DNA of 64,000 nucleotides from Nitrospirota bacterium (GTDB lineage Bacteria > Nitrospirota > Thermodesulfovibrionia > Thermodesulfovibrionales > Dissulfurispiraceae): the NCBI GenBank assembly GCA_963790025.1, contig CAWBMP010000002.1, positions 576,001-640,000 on the forward strand, given 5' to 3'. This document shows positions 1-9,397 of the stretch, piece by piece. The notes under the pieces were generated by a model. That model had not been told where the DNA came from. It was given only the letters and a program-made list of their open reading frames with translations, and did no database searches. Numbering within the stretch: the first letter of the stretch is position 1; the number at the start of each line of letters is the position of its first letter. Position numbers and translations under genes: made by a program.

Positions 1-166
1 AGGCCTGGGCAAAGGCGACCAACCCGTATTTCCCCGGGCCAAGGACACGCACCAGATACGGCAAAGTAAAAAGCGGCAGTATGCAGGTCACTCCCTGGAA
101 AGCGGCCAATGAAAGAAAATTTTCGATTACCCGCTTTGCCTCCTGCGATAATGATTTGATAACCAT
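1..166 (-). CDS. wzx: Wzx-type oligosaccharide flippase, N-terminus only (runs off window)
   Basis: Not in ORF track. ATG at 166 overlaps the upstream TGA; my translation MVIKSLSQEAKRVIENFLSLAAFQGVTCILPLFTLPYLVRVLGPGKYGLVAFAQA is a typical Wzx/PST start (LPxxTLPYLxRVLGPxxYG). Confidence 0.85.
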   Translation of the reverse strand, partial: MVIKSLSQEAKRVIENFLSLAAFQGVTCILPLFTLPYLVRVLGPGKYGLVAFAQA

Positions 167-1551
167 CAGTTCTCCAGGACCCTGTTTTCGGCAGTGGCAG
201 ACCGGTCTGTTTGTCTCCACCTGGTGAAGTCCTGAATTGCGGACGTAAAACCAATACTCACTATGGTCATATAGAAGCAGTAGCGAAACCGGTTAAGTGT
301 GCCTATATTGGGGTAGGTATAGGCGAATACAAGCACTCCGCATATGCTGTACAGGACCACCAGCCAGAAACTGCGATTTTTCCGGCAGATCAGCAAGCTC
401 CGCACAAAAAAAGCAATACAGATATAAAAAAACATGGTAAGAATTCCCAGGACGGCCCTTCCGGCCGTAGTTGCCGGCGTAGTACCCGGCGAAAACCACA
501 TTGACGGGAAAGGGCTCAGGAAACCGACCTCGAGCGCGCGGGGCAAATACAGGAGATAATCTTCTGATGACTCAAAATTGACCTCCGGGTCAATCACCGA
601 GCCTCCGCCAGTAGCAGACACGCCCCATCTGACTTGCGCCAATATATATAATTTTGATTCGATATACCTGGGCATAATAGAACTGAAGCGCCACTCGATC
701 TCATGCTGTTGTCCCTTTTTGGCTATCATTTCCGCCGCTTCATCCCACTGCCGAACAGTGCCTTCGGCGAACTTATCCAAAAGTGCGGTCTGCGTCACCA
801 GCATAATACAGAGCAGTAAAACTGCTGCAATATGATAGATTACCCTTGATGAACGCCTGTGCAGTGAAACGATCATATGAAAAAAAATCACCGCGATCAA
901 AACCGCACACACGACCGCCACAACCTGTCCCCAGTAATTACGCGACGCCCAGATCAATGTGGTCCCTGGTACGAAAGCAAGCCCCGCGCATATGAAAAAG
1001 CGCCATTTCTCTTCTTTAATGCCTTTCATAATCAAAAGCCATGCGCTGAGGACCAACAGATTGCCGAGAATAAATGTTCCGTCCCTGTGGATCTGCGACG
1101 CCCACTCCAGGGATGCCGGGTTGAGAACAAACAGCGCAGCCCCGCCAAAAGCCGCTGTCCGGTCAAAATGAAGAAAAGAAGAAAGAATGAAGAAAACCAC
1201 GCATCCTGCGGTGGCATGCAAGACCGCGTTGGCAGGAATCATGGAAAAGGGTTCAGGATACCACAGATAATAAAAAATTGACGCCAGACCGGCAGGGTAA
1301 CCTTTTGGTCCCGGGCTGAGTTGCCAGGCACTCCACCCATATTTCATCATGTCCGATGCCTGTTGCAGCGCCACCCTGTGGAATTTCGCTGAATCCTGGA
1401 CAAACAGGCCGTGCCCATAATTCATCCTTGTCAGAAAATGCGGCAGCAGCACCAGTTGTATTATAGCGGCCACCGCGGCAGTATACACGAAAAAGAAAAG
1501 CCACATGCCCCACCATGTTGTCATCCATTTTTCGACTTGCTTTAAATTCAT
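166..1551 (-). CDS. Polytopic membrane protein, putative GT-C-fold glycosyltransferase/polymerase, paralog 1 of 3
   Basis: 461 aa, about 10-11 hydrophobic segments; DSxxFH in first loop, NPASLEWxSQIHRDG, C-terminal PNIGTLNRFR; closely similar to 1548..2918 and 8039..9397. Confidence 0.6.
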   Translation of the reverse strand: MNLKQVEKWMTTWWGMWLFFFVYTAAVAAIIQLVLLPHFLTRMNYGHGLFVQDSAKFHRVALQQASDMMKYGWSAWQLSPGPKGYPAGLASIFYYLWYPEPFSMIPANAVLHATAGCVVFFILSSFLHFDRTAAFGGAALFVLNPASLEWASQIHRDGTFILGNLLVLSAWLLIMKGIKEEKWRFFICAGLAFVPGTTLIWASRNYWGQVVAVVCAVLIAVIFFHMIVSLHRRSSRVIYHIAAVLLLCIMLVTQTALLDKFAEGTVRQWDEAAEMIAKKGQQHEIEWRFSSIMPRYIESKLYILAQVRWGVSATGGGSVIDPEVNFESSEDYLLYLPRALEVGFLSPFPSMWFSPGTTPATTAGRAVLGILTMFFYICIAFFVRSLLICRKNRSFWLVVLYSICGVLVFAYTYPNIGTLNRFRYCFYMTIVSIGFTSAIQDFTRWRQTDRSATAENRVLEN

Positions 1552-2918
1552 ACGATGTCCCGCCGTCGACTCTCCCTTGACTTCATGAATCTTTCAGTCA
1601 TGACTGCAAAGCCTGCGCTCACAATGGTCATATAAAAACAGTATCGCAATCGGTTAAGAACTCCGACATTGGGATAGGTATAGGTGAACACAAGCACTCC
1701 GAAAATACTATAAAGGACGACAAGCCAGAAATTACGGTTTTTCCAGTACATCCGGAGACTGCGGACAAAAAAAGCAATACAGATATAAAAAAACATGGTA
1801 AGAATTCCGAGAACAACTCTTCCGGCAGTCGTTCCCGCTGTCTTGCCCGGTGAAAAGCACATCGAGGGAAAGGGGCTCAGGAACCCCACCTCCAGCGAGC
1901 GGGGTAAATACAGGAGAAAATCGTTTGAAGACTCAAACTCGACCTCCGGGTCAATAAGCGAGCCTCCGCCCATAGTAGCCGCAGCCCATCTGACTTGCGC
2001 CAATATGTACAATTTTGATTCGATATACCTGGGAATAAAAGGACTGAATCGCCACTCGATCTCATGCTGCTTTCCTTTCTGGGCCATCATAGCCACAGCG
2101 TCATCCCACGCCTGAATGACCGGCGGGGCGAACTCCACCTTATTTTTCTCAGCAAGGACTATCTGCATCACCAGCATAAAGCTGACAACTAAAACCGCGG
2201 CCACATGATGAATCTTCTTTGATGCATCCTTGCCCAGGGAGACGATGAGCTGAAAAAAAATCACTGCTGTTAAACAGGCGCATGCAACTTCCACAACCTG
2301 ACCCCAGTAAGGGCGTACCACAGACATCAATGAGGCCCCGATAAAAAAAATGAACACGGAATAAATGAACTTCCGCCATTTCTCTTCGTCAATGCCTTTC
2401 AGGACAAGAAGCCATGCGCTGAGGACCAACAGATTGCCGAGAATAAATGTTCCATCCCTGTGGATCTGTGATGTCCACTCAAGGGACGCCGGGTTAAGGA
2501 CAAACAGAGCAGCGCCGCCAAAAGCTGCAATCCGGTCCTGAACAAAAGAAAAAAGAAGGAAAAAAACGAGACATCCAGCAGTGGCATGAAGGACCGCGTT
2601 AAAAGGAATAAGAGAAATGGGTTCCGGGTACCACAGATAGTAAAATATTGAAGCGATACCAGCCGGGTAAAAGTTATTAGGGCGAAGCTGCCATGCCTTC
2701 CATCCATATTTCATCATAGCCGCTGCCTGTTGTTTCGCCACCTGATGGAAACCGGTCGAATCCGGGACGAAAAGGCCGTGCCCGTAGTGCATACCTGGAA
2801 GTAAAAACGGGAGCAGGACCAGTTGCACAAAGGCGCCCGCTGCGGCAGTATACAGAAAAAATACAAGCCACATGCCCCACCATTTAGTGATCCACTTATT
2901 ACTTTGTTTTATATTCAT
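1548..2918 (-). CDS. Polytopic membrane protein, putative GT-C-fold glycosyltransferase/polymerase, paralog 2 of 3
   Basis: 456 aa, same motifs (DSTGFH, NPASLEWTSQIHRDG, PNVGVLNRLR); ATGA overlap with paralog 1. Confidence 0.6.
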   Translation of the reverse strand: MNIKQSNKWITKWWGMWLVFFLYTAAAGAFVQLVLLPFLLPGMHYGHGLFVPDSTGFHQVAKQQAAAMMKYGWKAWQLRPNNFYPAGIASIFYYLWYPEPISLIPFNAVLHATAGCLVFFLLFSFVQDRIAAFGGAALFVLNPASLEWTSQIHRDGTFILGNLLVLSAWLLVLKGIDEEKWRKFIYSVFIFFIGASLMSVVRPYWGQVVEVACACLTAVIFFQLIVSLGKDASKKIHHVAAVLVVSFMLVMQIVLAEKNKVEFAPPVIQAWDDAVAMMAQKGKQHEIEWRFSPFIPRYIESKLYILAQVRWAAATMGGGSLIDPEVEFESSNDFLLYLPRSLEVGFLSPFPSMCFSPGKTAGTTAGRVVLGILTMFFYICIAFFVRSLRMYWKNRNFWLVVLYSIFGVLVFTYTYPNVGVLNRLRYCFYMTIVSAGFAVMTERFMKSRESRRRDIV

Positions 2919-2960
2919 CCAATGTCCCTATTGAAGAAAATCAACATTATAACCTCAGAC

Positions 2961-4490
2961 TCAGGCAGAAACTTTCAGTATCTTCAGGAATTTCCGGAAA
3001 AACCTGAGTATCCGGAACCATTCTCCCCTTTGCACATCACTTATGCCTCTTTGCGCCAGATATACGATTTTCTTCAAGCTGAAAGGAATAATGAATGCTC
3101 TCAGAGAAAAATATAATGGCCAGTGCAGACGCAACAGTCTTATGTTTTTGTTCGTCAGCGCCCGCATAACCTTTGGAGATATCCTCAGCCCATATGAAGC
3201 ATAATCACTAATAAGGAAGAAAAGGCCGTTCAAATAAGTCTTTTTTGGATAAGACAATTCCTTGAGATAGACGTCTTTTATATCGTCAGTTATCACGCCT
3301 TCTGCTTTGGCTTTCTCATATAACTCCGTACCCGGATAAAAAACGAGGGAGAATATCTGCAATCGATATGGAGGCGGTAATCTTGACAGGAGCATCAGTG
3401 TGTCTGTCAAATCTTCATCGTTCTCCCATGGATTGTCCAGAATAATATCGTAATGCGGCAATTTAATCTTATCCCTGAACTCGTTAATTACATTAACCGC
3501 CTTTTCTACCTGCTCGTTGGGGTATTTTCGGCCATACAATTTTTTTGTTCTCTCGCTGCCCGACTGTATGCCCATTCTCATCAAGAACAGGCCTGCATCA
3601 ACGAGCAGCGCCAGCTTCTCTCTGTTGACCGTAGTGGGCGCGGCCCCGCCTATTATGAGGGGGAGCCCAAGCTTCTTGAATTCCGTGCAAAATTCTCTGA
3701 TTTCTTCAACGGAAAAGCTGAAAAAGGCGTCATCCTCAAACTTTATACAATTTATAAAAGGCAAACGTGCCTTGATCTCCGCCAGTTCCTTTACGATGTG
3801 ATTGACGCTTCTTTTTCTTATCTGCTTCTGTCCAGGGTGCATCTTGTTCAGCCTATTGTTGCAGCAATACGTGCATCCGAAAGGGCAACCCCTTGTCGGC
3901 AATGTCATATATATTTCGCCGTTATGCTCGCGCAGTAATTTAATATCCAACCCTTCAATGCGGCCGTTACTCAACATGTAATGGGTGCTGGTATCGTAAT
4001 CCTGAAATGGTATCCCCTCCAATGACTGCAAGGGGCGGAGAGGGTTGGTGATAATGGCGCCTTGATTCTTAAACCACATGCTCCGGACATCATGATACGG
4101 CTCCCCCTTCTCCATCTTGTTCAGCAGCTCCACAATGGCTTCTTCACCTTCGCCGATGCAAACCATGTCCGCGTAATCGAGGCTTTCCTCCGGTCGTACA
4201 GTTGGATGAATGCCTCCCCACAGTACCGGAATGTCAAGCGCGGCTTTCAGCTTCCCGGTGATTTGGACAACATTGCAAAAATAATTAGTCATCAGCGAAA
4301 TACCTATCAAATCCGCTCCCCTGCAAAACTCCACGACGTCATTGAGGGCCTCATCCTCGTATAGCTCGGTAAATTTTCCTGGAAGAAAAAGAACTCTCAC
4401 ATCATGTCTTTCACGCTTGAGACATGCAGAGATGGTTCTTATGCCGAATGCCTGAAGATCCAAATACGGCGATATCAGAATTACTTTCAT
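2961..4490 (-). CDS. Cobalamin-binding radical SAM enzyme (class B methyltransferase-like)
   Basis: N-terminal B12-binding domain (DLIGISL...LWGGIHPT...DMVCIGEGE) followed by TRGCPFGCTYC CxxxCxxC motif. Confidence 0.9.
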   Translation of the reverse strand: MKVILISPYLDLQAFGIRTISACLKRERHDVRVLFLPGKFTELYEDEALNDVVEFCRGADLIGISLMTNYFCNVVQITGKLKAALDIPVLWGGIHPTVRPEESLDYADMVCIGEGEEAIVELLNKMEKGEPYHDVRSMWFKNQGAIITNPLRPLQSLEGIPFQDYDTSTHYMLSNGRIEGLDIKLLREHNGEIYMTLPTRGCPFGCTYCCNNRLNKMHPGQKQIRKRSVNHIVKELAEIKARLPFINCIKFEDDAFFSFSVEEIREFCTEFKKLGLPLIIGGAAPTTVNREKLALLVDAGLFLMRMGIQSGSERTKKLYGRKYPNEQVEKAVNVINEFRDKIKLPHYDIILDNPWENDEDLTDTLMLLSRLPPPYRLQIFSLVFYPGTELYEKAKAEGVITDDIKDVYLKELSYPKKTYLNGLFFLISDYASYGLRISPKVMRALTNKNIRLLRLHWPLYFSLRAFIIPFSLKKIVYLAQRGISDVQRGEWFRILRFFRKFLKILKVSA

Positions 4491-4714
4491 CGAATTGCCC
4501 CTTTTTCACGTTGTTCATGCCTTCGAAGCCTTGAAATAAGCTTTAAAATGGCTGTTATTTTATCTTTGCTATCTTTATTTTTGACTGGAATTTCACCTTT
4601 ACGCTGAAGCTTATGTTCAAAAATATAGGCAAAAGTCATCGACAATATAACGCCCATACGCATTAATGAAGTGATACCGTCATCTTTTAAGAAGTCTTTA
4701 ACGATGTTCGTCAA
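4487..4714 (-). CDS. Small hypothetical protein, 75 aa
   Basis: TTG start overlaps upstream TGA and its TGA overlaps the next ATG, filling the gap exactly; one short hydrophobic stretch and a basic tail. Confidence 0.4.
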   Translation of the reverse strand: MTNIVKDFLKDDGITSLMRMGVILSMTFAYIFEHKLQRKGEIPVKNKDSKDKITAILKLISRLRRHEQREKGAIR

Positions 4715-6252
4715 TATTTACCGTATACACTATATTTTTTTCTCGATGCCTCGTGTGCCTGTCCCAGCAGGTAAGGCATCGATGGATTGGGCTGAACGAC
4801 CATAACTATCTGATAAGAGAAAAACGACTTACTCAGAAGGATCAATAACCGGTTCACCTCCAGCAGAAAACGGCTGATGATGTTATCACCGAACATGCCG
4901 GGGAACGGCGCCGGCACGCCATACTGTCGTATGATCTTGAACCCGCCCTGTTCAAAGAGCTTGCCGAATGTTGAGAATGTGAACAAACGTGTGTGCTTGA
5001 TATCGAGGATGCCGCGCTTGGCATAGTGAAACTTGCCAAGGAGCAGCATAAATCTGGTGACAAGAAAAGCCACGTTGCCTGTAGACACAATCAATCGTGT
5101 GTGGGGGGCATATGCCGCTGCCCCGCGCATCCTGTCGATAAAACCTTCCGGATAGAGCAAATGTTCTATAATATCAAGCATTACGATATAATCGAAATCC
5201 TCCAGTTTCACCGGCAGGTCAGCAACATTCAGGTCCTGCTGATAGAAGGCATCCAGTTCTGCGCCTTCGGGAAGAGGAGCGATATCAATTCCGGCAACAT
5301 AGCATCCTTTCTTTCTCATTTCGACTCCCATATGCCCTCCGCTGCAGCCGACGTCGAGGACCCTCTTGCCGGGTTCAATAATCGAAAGGGTAATCGTCGA
5401 CGGACTGAGGTAGTTCAGCTTTGGTCCGTAATGAATATTTGAATGTCCGGTTGAGCGGCAGTCAAATTTACGGTCGTAGCCCAAACTAAAATCCATTGCC
5501 CTCGCCTTCAAGGTCGTCCAAAATACGTTCCATGCATACTTAAAACCATTGACATAGCAGATTTCTCCGCCGTAGTATGTCGGGATCGGCAGTTCCCGAA
5601 TTCGTAAGCCCGCAAAAAGAAATTGTATAATGATCTCCGTATCGAAATGGAAATCGTTAGTGTTGAGTTCAAAGGGAATCCTTTTCAGCCCGTCTACCGA
5701 ATAGAGTCGGTAACCGGAATGGAACTCGCTCAGCTTTGTACCAAGCAACCGGTTCTGAAGCCAGGTCAAAATCTTGTTGCCGAAATATTTATACATCGGC
5801 ATGCCCCCCTTCAGGGCGTCAGCCGCTACAGACATGCGCGACCCAAATACCATATCGGCACTTCCTTCGGCTAAAGGCTTCAGCAATTCAGGCAGACATT
5901 CAGGAGCATATTGCCCATCGCCGTGGACCAGGGCTACAAAATCGAATCCCTGCTCAATGGCAAAATGAAATCCTATTTTCTGGTTGCCCCCGTAACCCAG
6001 GTTGTCCGGGTTAAAAAAAACGTGCAATTTAAATGGAATGTCCGCAGGACGGTTGATATTGATAGCATGCTTAAAGGTATCATCCTGTGACGAATCATCT
6101 ATTATGAGGACTTCCGTATCATAGTCATCAACAAGCAAATGGGGAATCCGGCCCACCACGGACTGGATAGTTTTAGCAGCGTTGTAAGCAACGATAAAAA
6201 CAAGCAATCGCTTTTTTTGCATATTTAATGGCAGATCAGGCATCTCACACAC
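4711..6252 (-). CDS. Bifunctional GT2 (polyprenyl-phosphate glycosyltransferase/DPM synthase-like) plus class I SAM methyltransferase
   Basis: N-half: VFIVAYN, IIDDSSQD, NLGYGGNQK, HGDGQY, FGSR, EFHSGYRLY; C-half: VLDVGCSGG, DIIEHL. Confidence 0.88.
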   Translation of the reverse strand: MCEMPDLPLNMQKKRLLVFIVAYNAAKTIQSVVGRIPHLLVDDYDTEVLIIDDSSQDDTFKHAININRPADIPFKLHVFFNPDNLGYGGNQKIGFHFAIEQGFDFVALVHGDGQYAPECLPELLKPLAEGSADMVFGSRMSVAADALKGGMPMYKYFGNKILTWLQNRLLGTKLSEFHSGYRLYSVDGLKRIPFELNTNDFHFDTEIIIQFLFAGLRIRELPIPTYYGGEICYVNGFKYAWNVFWTTLKARAMDFSLGYDRKFDCRSTGHSNIHYGPKLNYLSPSTITLSIIEPGKRVLDVGCSGGHMGVEMRKKGCYVAGIDIAPLPEGAELDAFYQQDLNVADLPVKLEDFDYIVMLDIIEHLLYPEGFIDRMRGAAAYAPHTRLIVSTGNVAFLVTRFMLLLGKFHYAKRGILDIKHTRLFTFSTFGKLFEQGGFKIIRQYGVPAPFPGMFGDNIISRFLLEVNRLLILLSKSFFSYQIVMVVQPNPSMPYLLGQAHEASRKKYSVYGKY

Positions 6253-7963
6253 GTTTCGGCATTCGCCATGAGTTTATATAATCCCGCAGGGCATTTCTTA
6301 TTCTCTCCCTAAGGATCAGCGGATGATAGTTGATTTTATTATCTTCGCTATATTTAAGTGTCCTGTAAAAGTCCGCCTTATCCCGGATCTTTTCAATCCT
6401 CGACTTGCCGCTCCCCTCACGGTACTCATAGTACCAGAGGTTTTCATTTTCAATCGACGAAGCTATATTTTTTATATTCTGGGCCGGGTAGTAGGAACCA
6501 TCCGTAACAGTACGCCAGCAAAACGGGAAAGAGCGTACTTCCTTTTCCAATCCAAACATTTTCATTCCAAAACTGAAGTCCCACGTAGTGAAAAATACCC
6601 CTTCGTTATTATAATTATTCAAGGTAAAGAAGGGGACATTTGCAATAACAAAGGGTTTCTTGCCTAGTTCCGTGCTGTCGAGTTTTTTGGCAATGTCCGT
6701 TAAAACATGTTTCTTTATGTCCCACGCACGCGAAAAGTTGTTAGCCTGTATGATAAAAGATGAAATCCACAACACGGCAACGACTGCGGCTAATACTATT
6801 TTCCAGGAGTCCAACGCTTTCCCTAATGCCCATGCCAGCAGGATGCTCGAAAGCAGGAATGCCGGGTGCATCATCTTGTTGTAGTATCCAAAGGTCACTG
6901 CCGGATAACTGGAAAGGAAAAAGATACTTGAGCATGCAAGCAGCGTAAAGAAAACAAGAGCAATAAACTGTCTCTCGATGAATGCTTTTGCTTCCCCGGC
7001 CCTCGCCATTGGCCCTCTCAAATGAATAAGGAATAAGACGATCAACAGGGACGCTGCGATTATCTGCCATCTGAAAAGCATCGGCACCGCCTCAATTAAC
7101 AGCATCGGAACCTCAATGAAAATCGTAAAAACAAAGTAACATGCCTGCAGGAGCGACTTCATGTTGATAGGCGCCAAACCATACGTATATGACGTGTCTG
7201 CGATATACAGTTTCGTAATATACACTTTGAAAATATAAAATGCAAAGGACAGCGCGACGACCGGCGCCGCATACATTGCGATCGTTTTGAGAAAGTCACG
7301 GGCTTTATCACTCAACCGGTAACGGCAAAGTATCGGGAATACCGCGCTGATCAAAAGCAGGGGCAATATCACCTCAAGTGTCAACAACCCGCATGCCAAC
7401 AATATGTATGCCGATATATAATTATGCATCTTGCCCGTAATGGCATGTTTATACAGGAAAACGAGGGACAATGCCCAAAACGCTATTGCCAGGTTATTGT
7501 CTATCGAATTAAAAAAAGCGAACACATCTGCCGACGAAAATAGCGGAAACGAGCCCAACAGGATGAAAAACCATGCTGTTTTCTCGTCAATCACAATTTT
7601 GATCAACTTAAAAAGTGAACACATGGCCAGCAGCCATATGAGCAGCTGGGTAATGATATAATATGCCGGTACGTTCCTGTAAAGATATAACTCGGCAACA
7701 CGAAATAGAGATGACATCGGTCTCGACGCACTTCCCTCGCTGACCAGTATGCCCTTCAGGAAGGGGACCAAATCAGATACGTGTGTTGTCGATCCCACTA
7801 TTGCCAGGTCGTCGCCCACTCCGAATCCGCCACACATCACGTATGGGACGTACACAACCGATAGCAACAACAAGTATATCAACACCAAAGCGGTTGTCCG
7901 GTGTCTCATGGAAAACGACAATGTACTCATGGCAGGCTGCCGCCAATGAAAAACATTATGCAA
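6245..7963 (-). CDS. Integral membrane protein, putative GtrII/GT-C-like glycosyltransferase
   Basis: 572 aa; N-terminal TM then acidic GDD motif and RP in first loop, about 10 further TMs, soluble C-terminal domain; adjacent to a DPM-synthase-like GT2. Confidence 0.55.
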   Translation of the reverse strand: MHNVFHWRQPAMSTLSFSMRHRTTALVLIYLLLLSVVYVPYVMCGGFGVGDDLAIVGSTTHVSDLVPFLKGILVSEGSASRPMSSLFRVAELYLYRNVPAYYIITQLLIWLLAMCSLFKLIKIVIDEKTAWFFILLGSFPLFSSADVFAFFNSIDNNLAIAFWALSLVFLYKHAITGKMHNYISAYILLACGLLTLEVILPLLLISAVFPILCRYRLSDKARDFLKTIAMYAAPVVALSFAFYIFKVYITKLYIADTSYTYGLAPINMKSLLQACYFVFTIFIEVPMLLIEAVPMLFRWQIIAASLLIVLFLIHLRGPMARAGEAKAFIERQFIALVFFTLLACSSIFFLSSYPAVTFGYYNKMMHPAFLLSSILLAWALGKALDSWKIVLAAVVAVLWISSFIIQANNFSRAWDIKKHVLTDIAKKLDSTELGKKPFVIANVPFFTLNNYNNEGVFFTTWDFSFGMKMFGLEKEVRSFPFCWRTVTDGSYYPAQNIKNIASSIENENLWYYEYREGSGKSRIEKIRDKADFYRTLKYSEDNKINYHPLILRERIRNALRDYINSWRMPKRV

Positions 7964-8038
7964 GCATTGTCGGGTCTTTTCTGTAAATTTGTAACCAGGT
8001 CGTTATTCTCCCAGCTTTCCATTATCCCGGCCGCAAAC

Positions 8039-9397
8039 CTATACCAGACAGACAGGCCTTGGCCGGATCAGTTTTTCAACCATGAACGCAAAGCCTATGC
8101 TTACAATGGGCATATAAAAACCGTATCGAAATCTTACAAGTGTTCCTATATTGGGCTGCACATAAGTAAATACAAGCAATCCAAATGTGCAATACAAAAC
8201 GATCAGCCGGAAATTGCGGTTCTTTCCGTAACTGAGGATACTCCAGCAAAAAAAGACAAGACACATATAAAAAAACATGGTAATAACCCCAAGAACGGCC
8301 CTTCCGACAGTCGTTCCTGTCGAACTGCCCGGCGTAAACCACATTGACGGGAAGGGGCTCAGAAAGCCGATCTGAAGAGCACGCGGCAGGTATGTAATAA
8401 AATCCGTTGCGGCTTCGAAATTGACTCCGGAATCGATGTTAGATCCCGCAATATGGGCAGCCGACTTAAACCTGGAAACTGCCAGTACGTATAATTTCGA
8501 CTCGACATACTTTGGCACATATGGGGTGAAGCGCCACTTGACAGAATGCTGTTCGCCCGGCGTTGTCAAACCGGCGTCTGCACTGTCCCACCGCTCTGCG
8601 GGCTTATAATCTTTATCAAAATACCCGAGGCTTTGCTGCATGACAAGCATGAGGCAAACAGACAGGAACGCGGCAGCATAACAGAACTTTTTCGATGAAC
8701 CCTTGAACCACGCCATCATCATGCCGATAAACATCGTTGCCGCTAAAGCAATACACGCAATCGTGACAACATACTTCCAGTAAGGGCGCGGTGCCCAGAT
8801 CATTATGGCGCCAAGGAAAAAGGTGAACGGGGCATAAGTGAACGCCCGCCATTTCTCTTCTTCAATGCCTTTCAGGACCAAAAGCCATGCGCTGAGGACC
8901 AACATATTGCCGAGAATAAATGTTCCGTCCCTGTGGATCTGCGATGTCCATTCCAGGGATGCCGGGTTAATAACAAACAACGCAGCCCCGCTGAAAGCTG
9001 CGATCCGGTCCTTGACAAAAGAAGAAATAAGAAAAAAAACAAGACATCCTGCAGAGGCATGAAGCACAGCGTTAAAAGGGATGAGAGAAAAAGGTTCCGG
9101 ATACCACAGATAATAAAATATTGAAGCGATACCCACAGGGAAATAGTTGAACGCGGGGCAAAGGCGCCATGCCTTCCACCCGAACTTGATCATTGCCGCC
9201 GCCTGGTCCCGGGCCAAATAATGAAACCCCCAGGAATCCTTGACAAACATGCCGTGCCCATAATGCATGCCAGGGAGCAAGTAAGGCAGCAGTATGAGTT
9301 GCACAAAAGCGGCGGTGGCAGCAGTATACAGGAAAAATGCAAGCCACATGCCCCACCACGTGGTTATCCAATTCCCAATTTTCTTCAGGTTTATCAA
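8039..9397 (-). CDS. Polytopic membrane protein, putative GT-C-fold glycosyltransferase/polymerase, paralog 3 of 3
   Basis: 452 aa; DSWGFH, NPASLEWTSQIHRDG, PNIGTLVRFR shared with 166..1551 and 1548..2918. Confidence 0.6.
   Translation of the reverse strand: MINLKKIGNWITTWWGMWLAFFLYTAATAAFVQLILLPYLLPGMHYGHGMFVKDSWGFHYLARDQAAAMIKFGWKAWRLCPAFNYFPVGIASIFYYLWYPEPFSLIPFNAVLHASAGCLVFFLISSFVKDRIAAFSGAALFVINPASLEWTSQIHRDGTFILGNMLVLSAWLLVLKGIEEEKWRAFTYAPFTFFLGAIMIWAPRPYWKYVVTIACIALAATMFIGMMMAWFKGSSKKFCYAAAFLSVCLMLVMQQSLGYFDKDYKPAERWDSADAGLTTPGEQHSVKWRFTPYVPKYVESKLYVLAVSRFKSAAHIAGSNIDSGVNFEAATDFITYLPRALQIGFLSPFPSMWFTPGSSTGTTVGRAVLGVITMFFYMCLVFFCWSILSYGKNRNFRLIVLYCTFGLLVFTYVQPNIGTLVRFRYGFYMPIVSIGFAFMVEKLIRPRPVCLV

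Noticed and set aside
166..9397. Paralogs as targets of a diversity-generating retroelement or shufflon
   Set aside because: Differences are spread along the genes and not adenine-specific; no reverse transcriptase or recombinase.
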